Below, in pieces: positions 51,484-63,542 of a DNA stretch of 64,000 nucleotides (position 1 is the stretch's first letter; each line of letters starts with the position of its first letter). A model generated the notes under the pieces. It saw nothing but the letters and a program-made list of their open reading frames with translations. It was not told the origin of the DNA and did not search any database. The stretch comes from Callorhinchus milii. Lineage: Eukaryota. Where the stretch lies: positions 125,242,001 through 125,306,000 of the forward strand of contig NW_024704742.1 in NCBI RefSeq assembly GCF_018977255.1, in the 5' to 3' direction. Made by a program: the position numbers and the translations under genes.

Positions 51484-51936
51484 ACATGAAAGACGCTATA
51501 CAAATGTGTAATTAGTTGCTATTGTTGCATAGCATTCTTCACATCGAATAATGTCTCGGAGTATTTGATTATGGCAGGGTGGTCAACAAGCAGGGAGGAG
51601 GGGAGGGATTCACTTTGGGACGTCTCGAGGATGTGATAAGGTATTATATCACTTGTAAGGATTATAAACGATTATTATTACTTTCTAAAATTTCACTTCA
51701 ATAATTCACAGCAGTCACAACACCTGACAGCAATTACTCGGGAAGCACTTTGAGACATTTTGATGTGACAAAGCACTGCAAAAATGCAAGTTCTTTCTTT
51801 CTTTGTGCTAGGGAGGACTGACAGCTGACATTTGATGGCAGAAAGTGTATTACTGGTTCTTCATCCTGGGTTGGAATGCAAAGTTAAAGACTGCCTTTGT
51901 CTTAGGGAGGAGTTCTGATCCCGGGTCTACTTGAAC

Positions 51937-52019
51937 CCTACTGTGCAGATGCCACTGAATTCTAACCTAACGTCATCACAAGTATTAGAGTTAGATTTCA
52001 GTGGCATCTGCACAGTAGG
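51937..52019. repeat. 83-nt near-perfect inverted repeat (hairpin)
   Basis: CCTACTGTGCAGATGCCACTGAA pairs perfectly with TTCAGTGGCATCTGCACAGTAGG (23 bp), followed by 6-bp and 4-bp helices and a 14-nt loop. Confidence 0.95.
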
Positions 52020-53847
52020 CAATACAGTATGCGTGAAAACCCTACAATAAATGGCAGGCATGGATATGAAGTGTGGGCCACAATCTTCCTATTATGCCTA
52101 TAAAATGCAACTTTTATTTGGGATATTTGCCTGCATGAGTTTATACTATATACTTCAGTGGATTTATTTTCAATTACGGAAGATTGCCAATGTAACAGAA
52201 TGGAAAACAGCAAAGAAAATCCCTCCAAAAACTATCAACAGAAAGAAAACTGGAAAGAATGACAGCAGTCTGTGGTGAAGTAGCTTCTTTATGTAAATTG
52301 AATTGTACCACTCTGGAAATTCCCGCTGAAGTCTTCAACAACTTAACTCCTACTTGTTGTTGAAAAATTAGCAATGAAAAAGCCATCGGAAGATAATGCT
52401 GGTGCAGTGAGGGTTGTTTATGAACTGAAAGGTTGAAGTGCATCCTTTCAGCACCAAGTTTTATTTCCTGCACAGTGGCCAAGCTTTCTCAGGCCCACAA
52501 CACAGGGTAGTATTGTCACAAGCTCTTAGCATTTGTATTCTGCAGACAAGTATATTATATCACTTGGAGTGTCCTCTTCATCGACACATTCCAACCTGCT
52601 TTCCTGCCTTAACATGCCTTTTGTACTCGATGACAGACTGAATGAAATCTTTTAGGGGAACATATTTTAAAGCAGTGAATTTTTCCCACTGTGTTCAATT
52701 GAACTATCAGAGTGAGGGATTTGTTCAAGAAGTATAATAACCTATAATATCTAAAGGATATCAGTTCTAGAAGCCGTCACACATTTCTACTGTAACTTAT
52801 CCAGCAATAGATTGCCTTTATTAATGTTATTCAGCATCTTACTGTCCTGCTAATATGTAGTTTGTTGATGTTATAGGTACTGTATTATAGATTTCATTCC
52901 TACAATCACATTTACATTCATCAATCTATTGCATAGTAATTTTTGGAGCTGACTCAAATTGTCTGTCTATGAAGTGTGTATGTTATAATAATAATCCTTG
53001 CATCTGATATAGTGCCTTATCGCATCATCGAGCGCTTAAAAGGATACACTGTAAAATGGAGTGACTGTATCTTGAGGGCAAAATGCAGCATCCAGTTGAT
53101 TACAGCAATGTCCCACAAACAGCCATGGAGTGAGTGAACAATTTTATTTGGTGGACTTGTTGGCCAGCAACTGTTGTGACTTTTTCTTCACATAGACAAA
53201 ATATATGGTACAAAATTCCAACTGGGTCTAGAATTAGTAGATTCAGTTTTTAACTCTGAAGCCCAGTTTCTGAAGTTCCTAAAAAATCTTCAGAAAACCA
53301 GCTTCAAAATTAAAGATTATATTTAAGAATTTTACAATTTCTATACACTAAAATGTTATGTTAATATAGACCCAAGTGGAATTTCTAGACAAATATTGTT
53401 TAAAGGTGATGACAATTATTCTTCAGTGAGTAATCTTAAAACTATATTTGCAGCACAGACTGTCCTAACAATGCAATCCTTCTTGAGAGGTTTCAACACT
53501 ATAAATTCTCAGTGCTTGTTTGTCAAGATTTATATGTACAAATCTAGCAGGTCTCTTTAGAATGAAACTTTTTTATGTAAGCATAGAACGTTCTAACTAA
53601 GAAAAATGCTGGAGGATTTGGGTGTCTAAATGGGTTAGTAAATGTGAAGAATCTCAACTTAAAATAGAAGGTTTGATTTATTAAAGTAGAAGCATATCCA
53701 TTAGAATCACCTATGATCCCTAATGTTAGAGTTGTGAAGTACCATATGGTAAGGAATGTACAGGTGCTGTTATCCATCTGTCTGACATCAAACTAAACAT
53801 AAATCATCCATTGGTTTATTTCTTTTGTTCTAAGAAGTTTCAAGAAG

Positions 53848-54187
53848 TTTAGCAAGCTCGCTTGACAAGCGAAAGGACCCGAATTCAATTCTTGGGCTGG
53901 GCAAAATCTTAGGCAAGTTTTCTTACGCCAAATGCCTCTGCAGCAGTAAGTGGGAATCTGGTTGTTAGCTTATTGATGGATTGCTTTCTGGGGGTAATAA
54001 TTCCTCAAAAAATAATTTAGTCACTCAGTCCATGAATGTTTGTGGGACATTGCTGTGTGCTATTGGTTGCTATATTTTCCCCACAAAATAAACCATCAAC
54101 CCACTTTACAATATATTCTGTGAAATGCTTTGAGACTTCTCAATAATGTGATAAGATGCTGTATCAAATGCAAGGATTATTATTATT
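53848..54187 (+). mobile_element. tRNA-Ala SINE, long form, diverged
   Basis: Head, central segment and tail are recognisable. Confidence 0.8.
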
Positions 54188-54209
54188 TGATTGAGCGCCT
54201 TATCATCAG

Positions 54210-54598
54210 CTGTCAACTGTCTCAGGGTGTAGCACTCTTGTCTCTGAGTCAAAAGGTTATGGGTTCCAGCTCCACATTAGGACTTGGAGCTCACAGTCTA
54301 GGCTGACACTCCAATGCAATTCTAGGGGAGTGCTGCATTGTCAGAGGCACAGTCCTTTAGATGACATGTTAAACAAAGGTCACATCTGTCCATTCAGATG
54401 GACATTAAAAATCCCACAGCACTAAATTCAAAAAAAAATGTCCCAATGTCCTGGTGAACAAAACCCCAGATTTAAAAGGATATTCATTCACAGTTGTGGA
54501 ACATTGCTGCAGGCAATTTAGCTGCAGTGTTGACCTCAAGTCCTGCAAAAGTGCTTTGAAATGTTTCAAGGCACTATATTAAATGCAAATATTGTTAT
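54210..54598 (+). mobile_element. DeuSINE-like SINE
   Basis: Head, body and tail present. Confidence 0.8.
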
Positions 54599-55010
54599 AA
54601 TATAATTTCAGCGCTCCAATATGCTAGCCTGCGTGAAAGGCTCTGTGTAAATGCAAGTTGTTGTTGTAACACATCATTAAAATATCTCACAGAGCTTCAC
54701 AGGATTTACTGTTAAGTGTAGTGACTGTATACTTGTGAGCAAACAAACACAGCAATGCTTGTTTGTGGGTTATTGCTGTGTGGGGATGATTGGCCAGGAC
54801 ACAGGCAGAACCACCCTTCTCATTTTCAATTGTGCCATGGAATCTTTAACATCCACCTGAACAGACAGACAGGAACTCAGTTTAACGTTTCATCACAAAG
54901 ACAGCACAAGGTTTACAATAAAATGGTGTGCAAACTAACCTAAAACTAATCTTGTTTTGCTCACAAATATACGGTCAATTCACGTTACAATCTATTCTGT
55001 GAAGCGCTTT

Positions 55011-55324
55011 ATAATAATAATCCTTGCATTTGACATAGCGCTTTTCACGTCTTCTAGACGTCCCAAAGCGCTTCACAGAATATACTGTAAAGTGAATTGA
55101 CTGTATATTTGTGGGCAAACGCAGCAGCCAATTGCGCACAGCAATGTCCCACAAACAGTCGTAGATTGAAAATGACCAATTTATTATTGTTTTTTGTTTT
55201 TTGGAGGGATTATTATTAGGCGTGTGAAGTAAGGAAACTTTCTCCAGGTTTCGCCCTGCCTGGAATTGAACTCGGGTCTCTCACTTGCAAAGCGAGTGCT
55301 CTAACCACTGAGCTACAGGACTCC
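55011..55324 (-). mobile_element. Young tRNA-Ala SINE inserted antisense into another SINE tail
   Basis: Flanks read ...GAAGCGCTTT | TCGAGAAGACGTGAAA..., with about 6 bp of target missing. Confidence 0.93.
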
Positions 55325-56467
55325 TCGAGAAGACGTGAAAAATGTTACATCAAATGCAAGGATTATTATTATTATAAAAGTAGGAACATCTTTAGCAGCT
55401 TTAGGACATAACAAAAATGCACAACATCCCAATATTATGAATAATGTTAATAGTTACGAAAAGTAACCTAGAGAGGTTAGGGTACAATCATTGTAACAAA
55501 GCCAGAGAGCTATCGGAGTTCTTGTTCTCAGTAATAGCCTGACTGCTCCATATCTTATATCCCTCTTGTATTTCTCAGCCACTCCTGAAGACTTCAAGAA
55601 CAGACGGTGCTGAATTGTGGCAGTTGCTAATTGTGATGCCAGACCTGAGGCAGTTTTGCACAAAATGCAACTCTCCCAGACAAATTGAGTTATTGCTCAT
55701 GATTTAAAATACCAGCTTTGTTCTTGAATGTTTGCCAAACTAATGTATAACAAACACACAAGGAGATTATATTTGAGAGGCATTTTTATAAGTAAAAAGT
55801 TATGTTATATGTTTAGTCATCCAGTTAAACGTAAATAATGACTCTTCCCTCCCCAGAAAATTATTAAAAAATACTAATAATACTATCATTTGATATAGCA
55901 TCTTAGCACATTGATGAGACATTCCAAAGTGTTTCACAGAATATACTGTAAAGTGAATTGACTGTATATTTTGTAGGCTTGGTTGACAAGGTATTCCTGG
56001 GTGGGATTAGCTTAGAAGTAATTAAATAATAATAAATCAAAAAAAATAGGCTTTGAAAAGTTAAGGAAATTTGACCTTATGAAGAAAAAATGTAAATATG
56101 AGTGGCAATCTTTAAAAGGATTCCCCAGGGCTTCACGAGACACTCAATTTGTTTATAAAAACTTCTCAAAACTTCGATCCTTTTTACCTTTGATTTGTGA
56201 TCGCAACCAATTTTGAGCTGACCACCCATCTTGTAATTTCCGGAACTGTAGCAACCAAAATCCTCTCCTATTCCGATTGGCCACACCACTGTTGTTCACA
56301 GCCTTAAGTGCCTCTGGCTATGAACCCTTGTATTCCCAATGCAAGCAAATAATCATCCTAACTTTGGAATCTAATGTACAGCAATTTCTAACCATAATAA
56401 TTATACTCACATAGCACAGTTGACATCAGGGAGGATGCCTCAAAACATTTAACATGATCTATTAATC

Positions 56468-56880
56468 ATAATAATAATCCTTGCATTTGATATAGAAACT
56501 TATCACATCATTGAGACTTCTCAAAGCATTTCACACAATATACTGTAAAGTAAATTTTCTTTGTATTTAGTGGGTAAAACAATTAATTTATGCACAGCCA
56601 GGTTCCACAAACAACTATGAACTGATGACCAGATTTATCTAGGGGATTGTTAGCTCGGAGACTGGGGTAGTGCCATGGGATCTCTAACGTCCACCTGATC
56701 AGCCAGACAGTAACTTCAGTTTAATCTTTCATCTGAAGGATGGTACCTCTGATAATATAATGCTCCCTCATGCTTGGGCATGTCAGAGTGGATGGTGAGT
56801 TCAAAGTTCCAATGTGGGGTATGAACCAGAACCTTCTGGCTCAGAGGCAAGAGTGCTACCGACTGAACCAGGCTGACACC
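56468..56880 (-). mobile_element. DeuSINE-like SINE
   Basis: Head, body and tail in reverse complement. Confidence 0.8.
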
Positions 56881-57615
56881 TGCTGATTCCACAATAAGCA
56901 AATACATCATTCCAAGCTACAAGAATGGCTGTTTGATGTTGATCAACTTTTAGAGCAATAGTCCCATGAGTTGTGTGCCATAGATGATGCACTTCTGATT
57001 ATTGAAACGAGACCGCACTGCCTCCTTCTTAAGGAATCGCTATATAAATTGTTGAACATTAGACCCCATGTCTCTCTAGCATTGCTGGAACCAGGCCACA
57101 TATTGGTGCTCTGTTTTTTAGCATTGAATGAGTTAATTTTTTCCCTAGTGTCAATGATCATACTCATTGCAGTTTCCCGCCTAACATTATGTTTTTTTAT
57201 TGCACTGATGTAGAAGCGATGAGGATCATGTTTCTGTAGCTGTCATTTGTTGCTTACCATGCAGTCTGGCTCTTGTCAGTAATTTTTCAACTGCTGAACG
57301 TAATGGAATTACAGTAGAGTTTTCGAAGGGAGGGGGCAGGGATTCTTGTCCCGGTTACTTCCAAAACTACTTCTAATCTTATCAAGGAGCTCGCCATTGT
57401 TTCCGGCTGCCTTGAGCAGGTACAGTGTGGCTTTTGTTCAGGGCTTTTGCCAAGCTGAATAAACTGTAGAAAAAGCCAAGTCTAAGCAGTAGGATTCCAG
57501 GACCCTTTCTGCTGATGACAAACCCTGTTCAATGTTAGCCAGGTACAGAAATAATAACTGTTGTTCAACCTAAATGCCCTTAATTGTTACCCAGGTATCT
57601 TTTTCAGGGTATTTG

Positions 57616-58144
57616 AATGTGAAAATTGCCACCTGTGACATGTTATCACCCGTGACAACTAACGTTAATCACTAAAAACAGTCAATAACTAAAGACTGGC
57701 TGTGGATGTGAACCCTTCCCCCTTACCACTCCCTGACTCAGACATAATGCTTCAAATTGAAGCATGACTCTAACTACAGCATTGCACTTCTGCCCACATT
57801 GGAAATTTGGGGCAGAATAGAAATTACTTAAACATTGAGTAAAGCTTGTTGCCCCCAAATATGGCAGCCCAGTTGGACCATAAGAAATGGGCTAACTGAG
57901 CTGGCATCTAGAGCCAACTCTTGTGACCATAGTTGTGCAGTAGTACAACCTTACCCAGTCTTTAGTCATCAAATTTAGTCACCATCCCCCCTCTCCCAAT
58001 CTCCCACCCTGCTCAAATCCCCACCCTATTAAAGACGTTGAGAAATTATCTTACATGAAAGGCACAAGTGCAAGTTACCTTTGAACTGGCCTCATCTATC
58101 AACAATGTGTTAATTAACACATCACAGGTCGCAAATTTCACCCC
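57616..58144. mobile_element. MITE-like element with about 27-bp imperfect TIRs
   Basis: Left arm GTGAAAATTGCCACCTGTGACATGTTA (57619-57645). Reverse complement of the right end is GGGGTGAAATTTGCGACCTGTGATGTGTTA. Confidence 0.65.
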
Positions 58145-59139
58145 ATAGATATAAACTGCCAGAAAAATCAAGTCAAAATGGTGCTAGTTAATCTTGTCTG
58201 TTAGCTGGTTTTATCGACAGAGAGAGACATGATAACGTTTTGCTGGATATGAATCTCCTTTCTTTTGTAGTCTGGAGAAAATTAACTTGTTTCTGAACAA
58301 GTACTGCATGGGATACAACATGTGCAGTGCATTTTCATGAGCTGCAGCTCAATGAAACAAATCCAAATGAGCTTCGAAACCAGAAGAGTCTTCAGTTACC
58401 AGCACATTTAGTGCAGGTGTCATCCAGGAATGCTGGTTGATCTTCAGTTATTTGATGTGACTGACAGGGCTCCTGTGTTATCAACTCCTTTGCTGTTTCA
58501 TAAGAAAACTGGTAAAGATAGGCTGATAAAGGTAGGCCTTAGAGACCAGAATGATGTGGCAACAATTTTCCAGTTAGTATAATGATATTGCAAGCAATCC
58601 AAAATGCTGCCTTGCGTGAGGGGCGCTATTTAAACAAATTGTTGTCATAATAATTGTTGCATTAGATGTAGCGCCTTATCACGTCGTCGAGTCAATTCAA
58701 AGCAATTCACAAATGCTTTGTAAAGTGTAGCGAATGTGTATTTTGTGGACAAAATTAGTACATTTAAATTGGTACAGTACTAAGGACAGAATTTATATAT
58801 TAAGGATCAATTTTTACTATGAAATAAAAGCCTGAAAACTAGTACCTGTAAAACTTGACTAGAGATTGTCACAGATGATGCATGGGTTGTAATAAAGGGA
58901 AATATATAGAGAAATTCCACCTGAGTCTAGATTTATTCTGTTTATATAGAATTTCAGAGAATCTAGAATTTGATAAATTCTTAAATGCAGCCTTATATTT
59001 GAAACTATTTATCTGTGAAAAAAAACACAGAAAAGCAGCTTCAAAGTTAACACTTAACTCAACAATTTGCAATCTGAAATGCTAATCAATAAAGTAAATC
59101 TAAACTCAGGTGGAATTTCTACTCCATAATATCACTGCA

Positions 59140-59710
59140 ACACAGCACAGAGATATGGACAAATTCAGCATCAGTAACTGCATGTTAATGGAGTGAAAAC
59201 CTTTTTCTTTGGTCTGGTAAATGTCTTTATTCCGTGAAGGTGCACAGAGATATTTGTGTGTGAAAGTCAGTGTGCAGTCCATCAGTGTCAGGACAGTGGA
59301 AAACACAGAAAAAGCACTGAACTACAGTTGAGTTTGCTGTTCCTGGAGTGAGGTCATGGGAAAGCTGCTATCAGGAGCTGTTCTCCTGACTAATGTGGCT
59401 ATTACACATTTAGACATAGAGGAGTGCCAAATACCAAGTGCATCATTTAGAGCTAGTCATAAGGAGGCAGTGGCATAGACATTGAGGAAAACAATGAATT
59501 TTTCATCCATAGGTAGTGTATGGCTCTTCACTGTGGTACTCTCCAGATCCACTTCAAGCTCTTTGCATAGATCAGTTGCTGACTGCATATTTGGATAACA
59601 TTGGATAACATGCACAGACCCAGTGCCTCTGACTGGTCCAGGAATGTTACCCTTGTGCAATATATCTTGCACTCGGGGTAATTATGATGCTTTCTTCTTC
59701 TCCTGCAGTT
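59140..59710 (-). pseudogene. Fossil PIF/Harbinger (HARBI1-like DDE) transposase fragment
   Basis: Track ORFs 59457-59672 and 59106-59306 share a frame. Read-through gives DLCKELEVDLESTTVKSHTLPMDEKFIVFLNVYATASL*LALNDALGIWHSSMSKCV...FP...*FSAFSVFSTVLTLMDCT...APSRNKDIYQTKEKGFHSINMQL, colinear with Harbinger motifs (FYxxGSFQ, GISQxSxSRCV, IDCTH, NRKGxHSxN). Confidence 0.8.
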
Positions 59711-59832
59711 TCCTAGTAAACTCTCATTTGGGAAATATTATTCTCTCAGGTCCCATCTTTCCTTGAGGATATGAGACATTAAGCTGAGGTCCCATCTTTC
59801 AGATGATATATTAAACCGAGATTCCATCTATA

Positions 59833-60438
59833 GATGCATTCGTCACATCAAGGCTCGACTACGGGAACTCCCTCCTCATCGGCCTTCCCAACTCTTCCCA
59901 TCACAAGCTGCAGATCATCCAAAACTGGGCAGCTTGTGTACTCTCACGCACCAGGCTCCGAGACCCCATCAATCCCACCCTCGCCCGACTCCACTGGCTC
60001 CCCATCCCTCAGAGGATCGAATTCAATATCCTCGTCCTCACTTTCAAGGCCATCCATGGCCTTTCCCCCTCCTACCTCTCTGACCTGCTGACTCCCTACC
60101 AAGCTGCCCGCTCCCTACGTTCAGCGGGTTCCGGTCTGCTCCATGTCTCCTGCCCGACCCGCCCTACCATCGGCAGCCAGGCCTTCAGCTCTCTGCCCCC
60201 ACACTCTGGAACTCCATCCCTCGATCCCTTCGCCTCACTTTCTGCCTTGCCTCCTTCAAGGCCGGTCTCAAGGCCCTTCTCTTCGATCGTGTATTCGGTC
60301 GCCCTCCCACCTCTCTGCCTTCCCTCACCCCTACACCATCCCTTCCCCATGCTCGGGCCCCGACACCTGATGGTCAGTGCTTTGGGAGGTCCTCCCGACA
60401 TGAAAGGCGCTCTATAAATGTGATTTTTTTGTTGTTGT
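59833..60438 (+). mobile_element. L2 LINE 3' fragment inserted in a DeuSINE-like copy
   Basis: AFVTSRLDYGNSLLIGLP...LHWLP; stem-loop tail. Host SINE resumes at AAAAGATCCCATG (about 60441). Confidence 0.92.
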
Positions 60439-62235
60439 GGTAAAAGATCCCATGACATTCTTCTAAATGAGAAGAGAAGATTCTCCCATTTTCTGGCTGG
60501 CAATCATTCAGATTAGTTGATAATTTTCATTGTTTAGAGAAGCTCGCTGGTGCAAATGTCTGCTACATTTCCTTTGTAAAACAGTCACTACACTTGACAA
60601 TAACTATTGTTGAAGTGGTTTGAGAGTTTTAACATGATACTATGCTATGAAAAATTCAAGCTGTTTTTATTTTATATTCTTTCTTTCCTCAAAGTTATTT
60701 TAAAAATGGTAGAAAAGTTATTTAGAAAAAGATAAAACAATGGAGACACAATCTGTGGTTTGACAAATGCCTTTACACCTCCTTTGAAAATTAGCTTTGT
60801 TCTTCTAGTTAGTCCTGTGCCAGCTAAATGCATATTGCAGCTGTAGTTACATTTTGAAACAGAGTTCATTAAGTAATAATGCATACCGTCAAACCAAATT
60901 AATACCATCAATGCCTGGTTCATTGAAGCGTAAGAGGCCATCTATCAATCTTTCACTTTCTCTTCAATTTGAGACCTGGGTGCATCTGCATGATTACTCA
61001 TATTATTATTATTATTACTCATCTACTCGCTTACACTTTAAGTATTTCCACATTGATGAAACAAATACAACAACAGCAACTTGAACTTATATAGCGCCAT
61101 CCATGACGGGCAGCGTCTCAGAACGCTTAACAATGGTGGAACCCAAGGCTGAGCCAGGGGGAGGGGGAAGGTGACCGTAGGTGCAGTCGAAAACGAAGGT
61201 CTTCAGGCACAACCTGAAGGTGGGGAAGAAGGAGGAGAAGATACCATTTAACTCTTACAGAGAGACATGATGCATCAAATGGTCTTCTTCTGTGCTGACA
61301 AAATTCTATGATTCTATGAGCATTACATTACATCAAGGCATTCGCATTTAAACTCTTCTAGCCTTTTACACTATGATCCACGATCCCTCTGTCTCAGGCA
61401 TTGTGTAACACTTCCTTGGCCTGGGACATAATTGGTCTGGTTGCAGATTTTTCACATAAAGAACATTTCATCCAGAAAGTTATTGCTTAGCCCATTTTGC
61501 CAATCCCTCCAGGTCAGAGTGACCGTTCCAAGTTTCCCTGTGAACGTTTTGGCCAAGTACCACTCTCAAATCTCTCTGGAATTTGATCCATGGGAGTGCC
61601 TGCTCAGATTGGTGAGGGAACCTGCTGGCATAGAAACAAAATCTGAGAGTGGCTCCAGTAACCCCTGTGCTGTCGCAGATGCCATTCTTTGGGTGAGATG
61701 TTAACAACAACAAATTATATTTGTGTAGTGCCTTTCACATCAGGAGGACCTCCTAAGGCACTGATTACTCTTCTGCCTAATCAAGTGGGTATTAAAGATT
61801 CCATGGCTTTATTCTCTCGTTGTCCTCACCAACAATCCCCCAAATAAAATTGGTCATTTGGTAGCTGTTTGTGGCAACTAGCTGTGATAAATTGAGCTGC
61901 CATGTTTGCCTACAAATACAGTCACTCCACTTTGCAGTAAATCCTGTGAAGATATTCGAGACATTCTCCTGATATGAAATGTGCTGTACCAAAGGCAAGG
62001 ACGATTATTATTATGCAAATTGATGACTCAATTTTCAAAAAATTAGGATACAATGTTTATAGAGTGCGATTAAATTCAGATAATTTCATCTAAATGATCC
62101 TTCATCTTAGTTTATTCCCATTACCAACAAGTCAGCTCTCAGCAACGCATCAATTTATGTTACAATTATTCATAATTTGGTGTCTAGGACACTTTCCCAC
62201 TCCAATTTTCTCTTTTTAGTGAATCTCTATTTTTT

Positions 62236-63002
62236 TAAGGATGTGGACGCCACTGAGAGGGCCACCATTTATTACCCGTTGCTCAGGTTGCCCTGAAAAG
62301 ATGATTTTCTGCAGTCCTTTTGGCAATGATTCTCCCATAGTCGTGTTGGGTAAACATTACTGGGATGTAGACACAAATGTAGCACCATTAAACAAGATGA
62401 AGAAAGACACAAAGCAAGCAATTGTAAGTTCAGCATCAGTAATTGGGCAAATTACTGGAATCTACAATCGTGGACAGAATAATTGAAGATTGGGAATGGT
62501 AATGGGAGTCCAGTACCTTAGTGGTTAGAGCACTCGCCTTGCAAGCGAGACGAATGGGTTTGATTCTCAGCAGGGCGAAATGTGGGGATAAGTTGACTTA
62601 CTCCACACGCGTCTTGTTTCCTAGCAGTAAGTAGGAACTCAGTTGTTAGTCGATTGGTGGATCGTTTATCCAGGTGTAATAATTCCCTCAAAATAAATTA
62701 AAATAATTTGGTCACTCAATCCACAAATGTTTGTGGACACTGCTTTGCGCCATTTTCTGCCGCATTTCGCCCACAAAATATGCAGTCAGTTCACTTTCCA
62801 GTACATTCTGTGAAGCGCTTAGAGATGCCTCAAATGCAAGGATTATTATTTCTAAATCTGCTTTTATATAAAAGCTGCTTTCAAAAAAATCTGCTATGAA
62901 AACTGGTGATGAACTGAATGGACTGCTCCTGTTTTACTGTATGAACAGGATGGAGAGTGACTTGGAGGAGAACTTGGAGGTGATTTTCCCTTGATACCAC
63001 TG
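62236..63002 (-). mobile_element. Old CR1-type LINE 3' fragment split by later insertions (about 62236-62400 and 62945-63002)
   Basis: Resembles, from memory, the common shark CR1-type 3' end (GGATGTGG...CATTTATT.CCC; CAGGATGG.GAGTGACTTGGAGG.GAACTTG). Confidence 0.5.
62505..62850 (+). mobile_element. tRNA-Ala SINE, long form
   Basis: Head, central segment and tail are recognisable. Confidence 0.85.
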
Positions 63003-63221
63003 TTATAATAAGATACAAATTTGCATTTATTTAGCACCTTTCACATAAGACGGACATCCCAAAGAGCTTAACAATGTTGACTCGGCACCCAAACTAGAGG
63101 TGAGAGCCGAAGGGGAGGGGGAGTAAGGAAGATGACCGAAAGTGCAGTCAAAGAGGTAGGTCTTGAGACGGACCTTGGATGAAGTGAGGGAGGAAACCAG
63201 TTTGGAGGCGACTCTGGGATG

Positions 63222-63542
63222 GAGGTGCTGCATTGTCACAGGTGCCATCCTTCAGATGAGATGTTAAACTGAGGTTCCATCTGCCTTTCAGATAGACATT
63301 AAAGATCCCATGGCATTAGTCAAAAAGTGAATGAAGTTTCTCCTGGCATCCAGGCCAATGATTCTCCAGGTTGAATTTGTTATTCACTCCTGTCTGTTTG
63401 TGGGACATTGCTGTGTCCAAATTGGCTGCCTTGTTCGGTAAAAGTACACAGTCACTATACTTTACAGTAAATCCTGCAAACTGATTTGAGACATCCTGCC
63501 AATGTGAAAAGCACTATATCAAATGCAATGATTAATTAATTA
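63222..63542 (+). mobile_element. DeuSINE-like SINE, 5'-truncated. More fragments at about 175-363, 694-835, 2300-2448, 8618-8895, 13663-14006, 14396-14580, 48920-49125, 52985-53170, 61790-62013
   Basis: Shared GTTTGTGGGACATTGCTGTG...GTGAAGCGCTTTGAGACG...AAATGCAAGGATTATT 3' half. Confidence 0.8.

Noticed and set aside
55560..55612. Possible terminal exon (TPEDFKNRRC*)
   Set aside because: Only an acceptor-like motif; no supporting upstream exons or homology.
61480..61713. THAP-like domain (RFP...W)
   Set aside because: Lacks the C2CH ligands and the downstream motif.
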